Part shown: positions 1 to 12,192 of the stretch, piece by piece
Position numbering within the stretch: position 1 is the stretch's first letter
Layout: each line of letters starts with the position of its first letter
Assembly: GCA_038087875.1 (NCBI GenBank)
Contig: CM075996.1
Span: forward strand, 7,938,001-8,002,000
DNA length: 64,000 bases
Reading direction: 5' to 3'
DNA from: Malacoraja senta
Lineage: Eukaryota
Notes under the pieces: model-generated
The model's database searches: none
Told to the model about the DNA's origin: nothing
What the model saw: the letters and a program-made list of their open reading frames with translations, nothing else
Translations under genes and position numbers: made by a program

Positions 1-92
1 ATCAGTATCCCATCCACACCCGCCTGGTTATGACATCATCCCAATGGTCGGGTTAAATCCCCCATCAACAACGTTTTTCACTGTATCTTGGT

Positions 93-653
93 CCCCATAG
101 TTTTGGTCCCCTAATTTGAGGAAGGACATTCTTGCTATTGAGGGAGTGCAGCGTAGGTTTACAAGGTTAATTCCCGGGATGGCGAGACTGTCATATGCTG
201 AGAGAATAGAGCAGCTGGGCTTGTAGACTCTGGAGTTTAGAAGGATGAGAGGGGATCTTATTGAAGCATTTAAGTTTGTTAAGGGTTTGGACACGCTAGA
301 GGCAGGAAACATGTTCCCGATGTTGGGGGAGTCCAGAACCAGGGGCCACAGTTTAAGAATAAGGGGTAAGCCATTTAGAACAGAGACGAGGAAGCACTTT
401 TTCTCACAGAGAGTTGTGAGTCTGTGGAATTCTCTGCCTCAGAGGGCAGTGGAGGCCGGTTCTCTGGATACTTTCAAGAGAGAGCTAGATAGGGCTCTTA
501 AAGATAGCGGAGTCAAGGGGATATGGGGAGAAGGCAGGAACGGGGTACTGATTGGGGATGATCAGCCATGATCACATTGAATGGCGGTGCTGGCTCGAAC
601 AGCCGAATGGCCTCCTCCTGCACCTATTGTCTATTGTCTATTGTCTATTGTCT
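93..653 (+). mobile_element. CR1/HER1-type LINE 3' fragment
   Basis: RT C-terminus (RGDLIE..RTRGHSL..FFSQRVVSLWNSLP) followed by a 3' UTR and a (TATTGTC)n tail. Confidence 0.9.
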
Positions 654-1331
654 AAAAGGCATTTAGATTGGTACTTGGATAGGAAAGGAGAGGAGAGATA
701 TGGGCCTAGTGCAGGCAAATGGAATTAGTATGGATAGCCAACATAGTCAGCCTATAGATTAAATAGAGTGCTGTGCCATCCGAAACTATGCAGGTCACAA
801 TATAGCACTTATTTCTGGTTGTAAAGCATTGATGGGACTTTTATGTGTTTATTTTATAACTGCCTATGGTTGTTGTTCGTGCATAACAGTGGATGCAAAT
901 CAGTCCAAAATACCCATCACTTCCAGAGACCCACATCAAAGTGCAGTCTTTAATCCTCAGAACTTGTGGGCGATGTGCATATTAGTAACTGTGCGTGTCA
1001 CTATCATGTCACTGTTTCTCCAGAAAGTTCTGGCCTTTAATAAATGAGAGAGCAATCTGTGGCCTTGTCATGTGTTTCAGCATCAGTTCCAAAAAACACT
1101 GGGGTCTCCTGTTCCAGTTGTTCATCACATGCAGTTCTGTAACACAGGTCATTCAGGAAAGTGCTGACATGAAACACATACCTTTGGGCTGCTGTTGCGT
1201 CTGCTTCCAGCACTTTCTCACTCATTCCCTGCCTGTGTTTAATACTCGCAGAGTCACTGTATTAAACAGCAGGGAAGCAGGCCCCAACGTCCACCTTGCA
1301 GAAACAAAGAACTACAGATGCTGGTTTATAC

Positions 1332-1730
1332 CAAAGATCCTATAGCGAGCAAGATGGTCCACTCGACGAAAAATACATAGTCGGTCATGGGCAGATTCAT
1401 GTGTAATTTAAGACACCATTTCCGTAACTGGCTTCCGTCTCCGCACCAAAGATCCAATAGGATAATAGTGCGGTGACGGAAGCCGGTTACGGAAACATCC
1501 TCGTAAAAATAAAATTTATTTGGTAAAAATCTTCTCCTCATTTTCAGAATTTTAATTTATTAACACAAACTGTTCCCCCGCAACGTTGATTACACTGCGA
1601 GTCGGGTCGGGTCGGGTCCGGTTACAGAAATGGATGAAAAAAAGGCCCACGTTCCGCTCCGTTGCGTACTACACGTCAGCCCATTGCATTTAGCAGGAGT
1701 GGTCTATCTTGCTCCGCTATAGGATCTTTG
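1332..1730. mobile_element. Non-autonomous TIR DNA transposon (MITE; P- or hAT-like)
   Basis: TIR CAAAGATCCTATAGCG(G)AGCAAGAT at both ends; 8-bp TSD GTTTATAC at 1324-1331 and 1731-1738; splits a Penelope-derived repeat. Confidence 0.8.
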
Positions 1731-3704
1731 GTTTATACCAAAGACAGACACAAAATGCTCAGCGGGTCAGGCAGCATCTCGTGAAAAAGGATAGGGTTGG
1801 GACCCTTCTTCTGACCACTTCAGTCCACCATGTTCATGTTGACCCATCTGCACTGTTCTCTGTGTCTTGCCAATGAGAGTGAAAAGTCATTCAGAGCTCA
1901 GGACTGCGTCACCATTCAATCAGATCATGCCAGTGACGTGGTCTCACTCCATATCCTTGACGTTCTTACACAATTATTACTGGCGCTCCTGCATACCTGA
2001 CCCTCGAAGGAGCACAAGAGATCAGATGGCCCTTCGATCCTCCTTCACCATTCGCGTGGATCACAGCCAAGCTGATCTTTGGAATTCTCTGCCTCAGAGG
2101 GCGGTGGAGGCCGGTTCTCTGGATACTTTCAAGAGAGAGCTAGATAGGGCTCTTAAAGATAGCGGAGTCAGGGGATATGGGGGGAAGGCAGGAATGGGGT
2201 ACTGATTGGGGATGATCAGCCATGATCACATTGAATGGTGGTGCTGGCTCGATGGGCCGAATGGCCTACTCCTGCACCTATTGTCTATTGCCTCGACTTC
2301 ACTTTCCTGCCCCATCACCATAACCCTTCAACCCTGCCTCACAGCACCAGAGTCTCAGGTTCGATCCTGACCTCAGGTGGCTGCCTGTGTGGAGTTTGAA
2401 CGTTCTCCTTGTGACTGCATGGGTTTCCTCCCACAACCCAAAGATGTGTGAATTTGGCACTCTGGGTTTCCCGTTAAATTCCCCCTAGTGTGTAAGGGGT
2501 GGATGAGTAAAGTGGGATAACAGAACTAGAGCGAGCTGGTGATCGGTGGTCAGCGTGGACGTGGTGGGCTGCAGGACCTGTTTCCACGCTGCATCTGTAA
2601 ACTAAGTCCCACCATTCCCTCCTTGCGGAGCCATTGACCTCGGCTGACATCCAACAGAGAAGTCTGATCCAAGCTGGTGGGTGGCACAGTGCTGGCACAG
2701 CATCATCATGCCCGTGTCTGCCAGGCTGTGCACCCATTTTGCACAATACCTTGTAATGAGCCATCCTTGCAATCAGTATGAAGAAAGTTCAAGCTCAAAT
2801 GTATTTGTCACATGCGCCATAAGGTGCAGTGAAATGTCATTTACCATGCAGCGTTACAATTCAAAAAGGACATAATACACAACATCATTCAACACAGACA
2901 TCCACCACAGCATTCTTCACTGTGGTGGACGGCAATACAGTTCAGACAGTCCACCTCCTCCTCCTCCCTTCTTCACCCGTGGTCGGGGCCCTGACCCTCC
3001 GCAGTCGCCGCTACAGACGGCCCGATGTTCAAGGCCTCTGGTCGGGAAGGTCGGAACGCCGACGTCGGGACAGGTCGAACACACCCTGCGGCCCAGAGCT
3101 CCCAATTGGCCACCTCCTAACCGGAGACCGTGGCTTCCAGATGTTGTAGGCCGCAGCATGTTCTCCCTGACCCATTGCGTTACTCCAGCATTTTCTGTCG
3201 TTCCTTGGTAAACCAGCATCTGCAGTTCCTTGTTTCTATCTATTACCTCATTGTTTTTCTCGTTTGGAATCCCATCTGCACAAATTGCCACCTATATTTC
3301 TCTACACTTTGCATTTCCAACTGAATTATTCTGCTTTGGCCAATGCAAGAATGTTGCTTTAATGAGCTGGTGACTGACCTTGCAGCCTGAGCTTCCTGCC
3401 CATTTCTTGAAATTGCTTATTTTTACTTCTGCTCTTCATAACTCTGACTCACTTCCCCTTCCCGCTCTTCCAAACTGCTTTTATTTGACTAAATAACCCC
3501 CTCCTAAACTGGTCTCTGATCCTCTGTAAAGTTACTTGCTCTTTCAAGCTTCTAGAATTCTTCACCTCTCTTCCCGAAGAAAGATTATAAATCTGTAACA
3601 TTACCTCCGTTTATTGCTGTCCACACACGTTGCCACAGATACCCTTCTTCCCTTTTACTTCCTCCCTACCATGGCCCTATAAGCCTTTCTCATACTGTGA
3701 GCTC

Positions 3705-4180
3705 ACGAGTTCTAGGAACAGATTTAGGCCATTCAAGTCTACTCTTCCATTCAATCATGGCTGATCGATCTTTTCCCCTCAATCCCATTCTCCTGCCTTC
3801 GCTCCGTAACCCATGACAACCGAACTAATCAAGAATCTGTCAATTTACACCTTGAAGATATCCATTGACTTGGCCTCCACAGCCGTCTGTGGCAATGAAT
3901 TCCACAGATTCACCACCCGCTGACTAAAGAAATGTCTCCTCATCTCCTTTCTAAAGGTACATCCTTTTATTTTGAGGATATGGTCTCTGGTCCCAGACTC
4001 TCCCACTAGTGGAAACATCCTCTCCACATCCACTCTATCCAGGACTTTCACTATTCGGTAAGTTTCAATGAGGTTTCCCCTCATCCTTCTAAACTCCAGC
4101 GAGTACAGGCCCAGTGCCTTCAAATGCTCATCATATGTTAACCCAATCATTCCGGGGATCATTCTCGTAAACCTCCTCCG
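3705..4180 (-). mobile_element. CR1 LINE 3' fragment
   Basis: ORF 3845-4162 LGLYSLEFRRMRGNLIETY..FFSQRVVNLWNSLP. Confidence 0.85.
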
Positions 4181-4748
4181 ACCTATCTACATTAAACAGT
4201 AGGTAGACAAAAATGCTGGAGAAACTCAGTGGGTGAGGCAGCATCTATGGAGCGAAGGAAATAGGTGACGTTTCGGGTCGAGACCCTTCTTCAGACTGAT
4301 GTGGGGGTGGGGGGGGGGCGGGAAGAAGAAAGGAAGAGGCGGAGACAGTGGGCTGTGGGAGAGCTGGGAAGGGAGAGGAAAGTGGGGAGGAAAGCAGGGA
4401 CTACCTGAAATAGGAGAAGTCAATGTTCATACCGCTGGGGTGTAAACTACCCAAGCTGTCCATTAAACAGTAATTTATTTCGAACTTCTTTCAACTTAAC
4501 TTCTTTCAGCGTTGCATTTGTTACTCACAATGTGACTGCCGCTCTTACAGAGAGAACAAATGCATATTTGGTGACCACTTTACAGAACTCCACTGTTCAG
4601 GCTGCAACAGTAACCCTGACCTTTGGTCAGCTCTCACTTTGATTCTGCCTGCCTCCCATTCTGAGTTCTCCACACTCCCTGACCTACCAAGCTCTACCAA
4701 GCTCCACTAACAGCATCTCATTTCTTGATTAGGCATACTATAACCTTA

Positions 4749-5000
4749 GGTAGACACAAAATGCTGGAGTAACTCAGCGGGGCAGGCAGCATCTCTGGAG
4801 AGAAGGAATGGGTGGCGTTTCGGGTCGAGACCCTTCTTCAGTCTGAGGAAAGGTCACGAACCGAAACGTCTGAAGAAGGATATTGACCCGAGACGTCACC
4901 CATTCTATCTCTCCAGAGATGCTGCCTGTCCCGCTGAGTTACTCCAGCATTTTGTGTCTACCTTCGATTTAAACCAGCATCTGCAGTTCCTTCCGACACA
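4749..5000. mobile_element. Penelope-derived fold-back element with tandem hammerhead-like cores
   Basis: Inverted arms TAGACACAAAATGCTGGAGTAACTCAGCGGG / CCCGCTGAGTTACTCCAGCATTTTGTGTCTA; centre holds degenerate CTGA(A/G)GA..GA(A/G)ACGTC twice. Confidence 0.75.
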
Positions 5001-5037
5001 TAATATAACCTTAACCTGAACAATATTATAACCTTAT

Positions 5038-5167
5038 AAACGTCTGAAAAAGGGTCTCGACGAAACGTCGCCTATTTCCTTCGCTCCATAGATGCTGCCT
5101 CACACGCTGAGTTTCTCCAGCATTTTTGTCTACCTTGGATGTTTCCAGCATCTGCAGTTCTTTCTTA
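5038..5167 (+). mobile_element. 5'-truncated Penelope end starting at the hammerhead motif
   Basis: 16-bp direct repeat AATATTATAACCTTAT at 5022-5037 and 5168-5183 flanks a 130-bp insert. Confidence 0.7.
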
Positions 5168-6547
5168 AATATTATAACCTTATCTTGGCCGGTGTGGACA
5201 AGTTGGGCTGAAGGGCCTGTTTCCACTCTACAGTATATCACTCTATCTTCCAAAAACAGCATTTCTGTTTTAATGTCTGACTTTGGTGGTGATTTCCTTT
5301 GCTAATTTTAGATAGTGATTTTGTTTCTCCCATTTACCCATCCAGTAAACAGGTCGTTTATTTCTTAATTCGTCTTTCACTTTTCAGTTTTGCTTCGTTC
5401 ATATAATCTGCTGTCTTCAAACCCATCACGGATTTTCACTTTTATTCTCTGCTCTCCTGAAGACTCTGTGACTCTATGACTCGTTCCCATTTTCTATGTA
5501 CCCATTTGTTTTCTCTCAAACCTTTTCCAATGTTGATGAAAGGCTATTGACATGAAGCGTCATCTTGGCTTCTCTCTCCACAGGTGCTGCCTGACATGCT
5601 GAGTGTTTCCAGCATTTCATACTCATAGTTATGGGGCGTGGAAACAGGGTCCTTCCACCCAACTTGCCCACACCGACCAACATACCCCATTTATATTAGT
5701 CCCACTTGCCTGCGTTTAGCCATTTCCCTAAAGCTATCCTATCCATCCATGTACCTATCCAAAAGTTTCTTAAATGTTGTGATAGTATCTGCCTCAACTA
5801 TCTCTTCAGCAACTCATTCCATATACCCACTATACTCTGTGTAAAAATGTAGCCCCTCAGGTTCCTATTAAAACTTTCCTCCCTAACCTTAAACCTATCA
5901 CGTAATTCACTGTCAGCAGGGAAGGTGGCTGTTTGAGACTGCGTTGGCCACAGTTGAGTAATCCCAACATGCCTTTCCTAGCTCTCCCTGTATCCTTGCT
6001 CACCTTCATCCATTCTTCCCTCATTCTCCCTCGCCGCCCCCCTCACTTTCATCATCTCATTGAAACATATACGATTCAGTGCCTGTTCAAATCCCTTATG
6101 TTCCAGATGCCCAGCATCAGCAGTATTGTGCTTCTGTGGTCTTAAACCCTGCAAGAATCTATCATGGGAAACTGGTGGTGTGAGGAGCCTTTCATCCCAT
6201 CAGCGTGGGTTGGATCAAAGCTAGCTCCACCAGGTCAGTGACGCCTGCCCACTGAGTCCATTGAAGAGAGCGCCATCAGAAGGCAAGGGGCCACCAATCA
6301 GTAGGTGTACATACAATGGCCCTCACAGAAGGCGTGACCACTGAGGAGGAGAATGTTAGCCGGCCGCTGAACAGCTGGTGACCCAAGGCCATACGTTTCT
6401 GTGGGTGACCAGATGGCGATGGAAGGTGTGTTATCAGACAAAGTTTCTCTCCGTTCGTATCATGGCAATGGGAACTCACCGTGATTAAAGGGGCTGTCCC
6501 ACTGGGGCGACCTAATCTGCGAGTTTAAACAAATTTGCCCTCGACTC

Positions 6548-6913
6548 ATGTTGCCCTTTATAACAAGAGGAATCTAATATAGGTGCAAAGAGGTCCTTCT
6601 GCAGTTGTACAGAGCCCTAGTGAGACCACACCTGGAGTATTGTGTGCAGTTTGGTCCCCTAATTTGAGGAAGGACATTCTTGCTATTGAGGGAGTGCAGC
6701 GTAGGGTTACAAGGTTAATTCCCGGGATGGCGGGATTGTCATATGCTGAGAGTGGAGCAGCTGGGCTTGTACACTCTGGAGTTTAGGATGAGAGGGGATC
6801 TCATTGAAACATATAAGATTGTTTAGGCTTGGACACGCTAGAGGGCAGGAAACATGTTCCCGATGTTGGGGGAGTCCAGAACCAGAGGCCACAGTTTAAG
6901 AATAAAGAGTAAG
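6548..6913 (+). mobile_element. CR1 LINE RT fragment
   Basis: WSPNLRKDILAIEGVQRR..PGMAGLSY and MFPMLGESRTRGHSL, with small indels. Confidence 0.85.
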
Positions 6914-8611
6914 TGGGGGGAGGGGGCGGGTGGGAAGAAGAAAGGAAGAGGTGGAGATGTGAGGATGGGGGGGGGGGAGAAGGGGCCTCTTCCTTTCTTC
7001 TTCCTGCCCCCCCCCCCCCACCCTCACATCAGTCGGAAGAAGGGTCTCGACCCGAAACGTCGCCTATTTCCTTTGCTCCATAGATGCTGCCTCACCCGCT
7101 GAGTTTCTCCAAAGTAGGGATACTTAGAGGAGATTCCATCGTGGGGCAGTCACCATGTAGAAACACAAGGAAGTGCAGATGCTGGTTTACAAAGGACACA
7201 AATTGCTGGAGTAACACAGCGGGTCAGGCAGCATCTCTGGAGGAGTGGCTTCTGCAGAGGATGCTGTGAGTTGTGCAGAGGCGACGAGAGAGTGGGGAAG
7301 AGGAAATTGAGAGGACACGGTGTGAAAGGAGGGGGTGGACAAAAGGTGTGAGAGGAAGGGAAAAAAGACGGGAGGGTAATATTGGAGAGAGATGGGAGAG
7401 GCGAGCTACAAGGAACGATGGGGAGAGGGAAATGAGGTGGGATGAGGGAAAGGAGTGGGTGTGAAAGGGAGGGGAGGAGATAAAAAAAAGAGCAGAAGGA
7501 TTCGAAGGCATGAGGAAGAAGCTGGGAGTAAGCAAATGAGTGCGTGGAGGTAGAGGAAGGGAGAGGAGACGAGGGAGTGGAGTGTGTATGCACTCTGCTG
7601 TTATCAGGCAACTGAACCATCCTACCAACAACTAGAGAGCAGTCCTGAGCTACTATCTACCTCATTGGAGACCCTCGGACTATCTTTGATACTGGACTTT
7701 ACCTTGCACTAAATGTAATTCACATTATTCCCGTTATCATGTATCTGTACACTGTGGACGGCTCGATTGTAATCATGTGTTGTCTTTCTGCTGTCTGGTT
7801 AGCATGCAACAAAGGCTTTTCGCTGCACCTCGGCCGTAAACTAAACTCAACTCTGTTGAGAGGTACCACCTACTGGCTACATCCCTTCGGAGAAACTTGG
7901 CAACGTCAGACTACCCCAGCTTCTCTGGAACTCTGCGACTGAGGCGGGCATGCAAGGCCTTAGCGACTGAGGGCATGTTTCACTGTCAGAGGGGCCATAT
8001 ACTGTAGCTTGGTTTTAAGTTCAGAGATACCGCGCGGTTTTAAGTTCAGAGATATCTGCGCCAACCAGCGATCCGAAACTACACAAACTAGGGACAATTT
8101 ACAATTATACCAGCCAATTAACCTACAAAACCTGTACGTCTTTGGAGTGTGGGAGGAAACTGGAGGTCACGGGGAGAATGTAGGAACTCTGTACAGACAG
8201 CACCCGTGCTCAGGATCGTACCCGGGTCTCTGGCGCTGTAAAGGCAGCAGCTCTACCGCTGCGCCACCGTGCTGCCCTGGATTTGAGGAGGGAATGCCCT
8301 CCATGTGACAGCCTGCCATCTCATCGCAAAAAATGCTTGCCTTATCCATTAATGTCTGTGGCATTTCTCTGCTCAGAAATTGGCTGCACTTCAAGGGAAC
8401 TTCAGTGAGCGTGAAGCGTTTCACAATTTGATCAAACTGCAAGTTCCGTCTAGCCTGAAGTTCCAGAGCCATACAAAGAGTTTCCACTGCCCCTCTCTCT
8501 CATCTTGACACACTGTTATCAACTCGGTGAAAGACACGTTTTGGTCGGCTCCAACCTTGTTGAGCGGCAAGCAGAGCGAGATGTCCGTCAGGGAATGTTT
8601 AGTTCACATTA

Positions 8612-8905
8612 GTTTTAGTTTAGGGACACAGCGCCGAAACAGTCCCTTCGGCCCACCGAGTCCGCGCCGCCGCTAGCACTATCCTACGCACACGAGGGAC
8701 AATTTACAATTTGTACTGAAGCCAATTAACCTACAAACCTGGACGTGTTTGCAGTGTGGAAGAAACCGGAGAACCCGGAGGAAAACCCACGCAGGTCACT
8801 GGGAGAGCAGGCAGACTCCGTACAGACAGCGCCTGTAGTCCGGGATCGAACCCAGCTCTCTGGCGCTGTAAGGCAGCAACTCTACGGCTGCGCCACCGCG
8901 CCAAC
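8612..8905 (-). mobile_element. HE1-like tRNA-derived SINE (many further copies, e.g. ~8040-8275, 17665-17920, 23635-23910, 57600-57875, 60060-60320, 63600-64000)
   Basis: Minus strand GGCGCGGTGGCGCAGCCGTAGAGTTGCTGCCTTACAGCGCCAGAGAGCTGGGTTCGATCC (A/B boxes), a conserved body and a (CTAAA)n tail. Confidence 0.8.
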
Positions 8906-10784
8906 TGTTGCCGCTCCAGACTGCAAGAGTACGTGCTGAGGGACACTTATAGTCATACAGCGTGAAAACAGCCCCTTTGGCCCGACTTGCCCACACCAGC
9001 CAACGTGTCCCAGCCACACTAGTCCCACCTGGTAGACACAAAATGCTGGAGTAACTCAGCGGGACAGGCAGCATCTCTGGAGAGAAGGAATGGGTGACGT
9101 TTCGGGTCATAGAAAGATAGAAAATAGGTGCAGGAGGATGCCATTCGGCCCCTTCGAGCCAGCACTGCCATTCATTGTGATCATGGCTGATCGTCCCCTA
9201 TCAATAACCCGTGCCTGCCTTCTCCCCCATATCCCTTGACTCCACTAGCCCCTAGAGCTCTATTTAACTCTCTTAAATCCATCCAGTGCCCTCTGTGGCA
9301 GAGAATTCCATGAATTCACAACTCTCTGGGTGAAAACGTTTTTTCTCACCTCAGTCTTAAATGACCTCCCCTTTATTCTAAGGTCGAGACACTTCTTCAG
9401 ACTTCCTTCAATTTAAACCAGCATCTGCAGTTTCTTTCCCACACATCTAGTCCCACCTGCCTGCGTTTGTCCCATATCTCTCTAGACCTGTCCTGTCAGC
9501 CTCGACCCGAAACGTCACCCATTCCTTCTCTCCAGAGATGTTGCCTGTCCCGCTGAGTTACACCAGCATTTTATGTCTACCTTTGGTTTAAACTAGCATC
9601 TGCAGTTCCTTCCTACACAATATCCGTCTAATTGTTTCTTAAACATTGCAATGGTGCTCGCCTCAACTACCTGCTCTGACAATAGACACAAAATGCTGGG
9701 GTAATAACTTAGCAGGACAGGCAGAATTCAGGTCTCGACCGAAACGTCACCCATTCCTTCTCTCCAGAGATGCTGCCTGTCCGTTGAGTTACTCCAGCAT
9801 TTTGTGTCTATCTTCGGTTTAAAACCAGCATCTGCAGTTCCTTCCTACACATTACCTCCTCTGGCAGCTCGTTCCATACATCCACCACCCTATCTGTGAA
9901 AGCTTGTTGTTCTGCATAGATGAACAAAATGCTGGAGAAACTCAGCGGGTGAGGCAGCATCTATGGAGCGAAGGAAATAGGCAACGTTTCGGGCCGAAAC
10001 CCTTCTTCAGACTTGTTCTGAATTTCATTGTCCTATGACACATGACAATAAACTCACTTGAACTTGAACTTCTGCATATACGTTTTATCCTGAGCAGCGC
10101 CGGCCCTAGGGTTGCTGGCGCCCCGGGCAAGCTGAACTTCGGCGCCCTTACAAGTATAATTTTATTACACTTACACCGGTGCCCTTACAAGTTAATTCAA
10201 ATTAACAGGTGCTTGGTCTCTGCCATTCCTATGTGGATCTGCAGCCTCTTTTCCAGCTTTCTCACTCCTTCTACAGTCAGTCTGAAAGGACCCAACCCGA
10301 AACATCACGTATCCATGTCCTCCAGAGATGCTACCTGAAACTTGAGTTACTCCAGCACTTTGTGTTTTACCCATGATTCCAGCACCTGCGGTTTCTTGTG
10401 TCTCTGGATCTGCGAGCTGATTAGTGAAGTCTTGTGGGCCTCACCAACTGTGGACATTGGAGCCTTCTCGCCGGGCAATGAACAGAGTGTGTGTTAATGC
10501 TTTGCTACACCAGTTCCCTGACTCAGTTTTAGCATTCTCTACCTCATGTTCAAATCTCTCCTAGGCCCGCACTCCCTCTCTTTCTCTGGAACCTCTTCCA
10601 GTCCTGCAACCCTCTGAAACCTTTGCTCTTCTCCATCTGTGGTCCCAATTTAAATCTTCATATCTCTGCACTCTCCAGCTACCCACAGTGGTTTGGCTGC
10701 CTTGACTCTCAGCTCTAATCTTGCCCCACTGAACCTCCACTGCCCCTTTCGCGTCATTATGTAATTTTGCTCCTAATCTCGCCC

Positions 10785-11291
10785 AGTTAGTCTGGTTCAG
10801 TAAAACACTGAGTCAAGCTCTGGATCAACTACTTATTTATTTCTCAAACACGAACACACTTCCTATACGATACCTAACCAACACCGTGGGTCCTATCCTT
10901 CTCTCTATTTGTCCAAGCCCTTCAGCCTCGTGCAAATAGACACCTCCAGATGGTCAGAAAGGTCCTAGAAGATCGACTCAGTCTCATGTGGTCTCCCCTC
11001 TTTTATACCATATCGGACCCGTGGCGTGAAATAAAATGGGAGGGGGGGGCAACCCCTATAAGCCAAACACAAATAAAGATCATATAATACATTAATTGAC
11101 AGTTCCCTAACCCAATCACAAAATACCCCATTACATTGTTTCTACAGAAGGTTCTAAATGGAAGACAGTTCCTTTAAGTAAAGAAAACATTTTACCAGGT
11201 AACATAAACAATTTGGCAAGGCCCCTCTCCTGGAGCAATCACAAATAACAGTCCAAGACCATTCAACATAGTTTAAAATACTTTTACAACA
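10785..11291 (-). mobile_element. Putative solo LTR
   Basis: Minus strand starts TGTTGTAAAAG, has TATAAAA then AATAAA in LTR order, and ends ..AACT. TSD is not clean. Confidence 0.45.
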
Positions 11292-11324
11292 CCCCATTCC
11301 TTAACCAATCCTGATCATGTATTT

Positions 11325-11992
11325 GCAGCAGGACCGATCTTTTTATTCAAAAGAGGAAGAAAGATTCAGGGGGAGAAAGAGGCGATCATGGCTGACAAGG
11401 GAAGTCAAGAACAGTATAAAACAAAAAGAGAAGGCATATAGCAAAGATTAATAGGAAACCAAATGACTGGGAAGCTTTTAAAGAACAACAGAAGGTAATT
11501 AAAAAGGCAATACGGGAGAAAAGGTGAAATACGAAAGTAAGCTAATCAATAATATAAAAGAGGATAGCAAGAGTTTCTTCAGTTATATAAAGAGTAAGAA
11601 AGAGGCTAGAGTGGAAGTTGGGCCGCTGGAAAATGATACAGGAGAAGTGATAATGGGGAATAAAAAAACGGCAACTTTTTTTGCTGCAGTCTTCACAGTG
11701 GAAGACACCAGCAACGTGCCTGAAATTCAAGAGAGTCAGGTGTTGAAGTTTGTGGAGCGGCTATTACTAAGAAGAATGTACTTGGGAAGGGCTGAAGGTG
11801 GATAGGTCACCTGGACCAGATGGACTGCACCCTAGGTTCCTGAAAGAGGTGGCTTTATTTTGGAAGCATTGACAGTGATATTTCAAGAATCTCTGTAGAC
11901 AGGAGAGCTCAAATGATTGGAAAATTGCCAATGTTACCCGCTGCACAACAAGGGAGCAAAGCAGAATAGTGGGAACTATAGGCAGATTAGTC
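11325..11992 (+). mobile_element. Degraded CR1 LINE ORF2 (EN-RT linker)
   Basis: KYESKLINNIKEDSKSFFSYIKSK..; GPDGLHPRFLKE; SGNYRQIS; runs into the gap. Confidence 0.8.
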
Positions 11993-12192
11993 NNNNNNNN
12001 NNNNNNNNNNNNNNNNNNNNNNNNNNNNNNNNNNNNNNNNNNNNNNNNNNNNNNNNNNNNNNNNNNNNNNNNNNNNNNNNNNNNNNNNNNNNNNNNNNNN
12101 NNNNNNNNNNNNNNNNNNNNNNNNNNNNNNNNNNNNNNNNNNNNNNNNNNNNNNNNNNNNNNNNNNNNNNNNNNNNNNNNNNNNNNNNNNNN
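11993..12192. other. Assembly gap (200 N)
   Basis: Run of N. Confidence 1.

Noticed and set aside
4749..5000. Recurring short repeats as a CRISPR-like array
   Set aside because: They are dispersed eukaryotic Penelope ends with no regular repeat-spacer structure and no cas genes.
7150..7631. Long Ser/Pro/Leu-rich ORFs
   Set aside because: They come from a purine-rich low-complexity tract that lacks stops on one strand.
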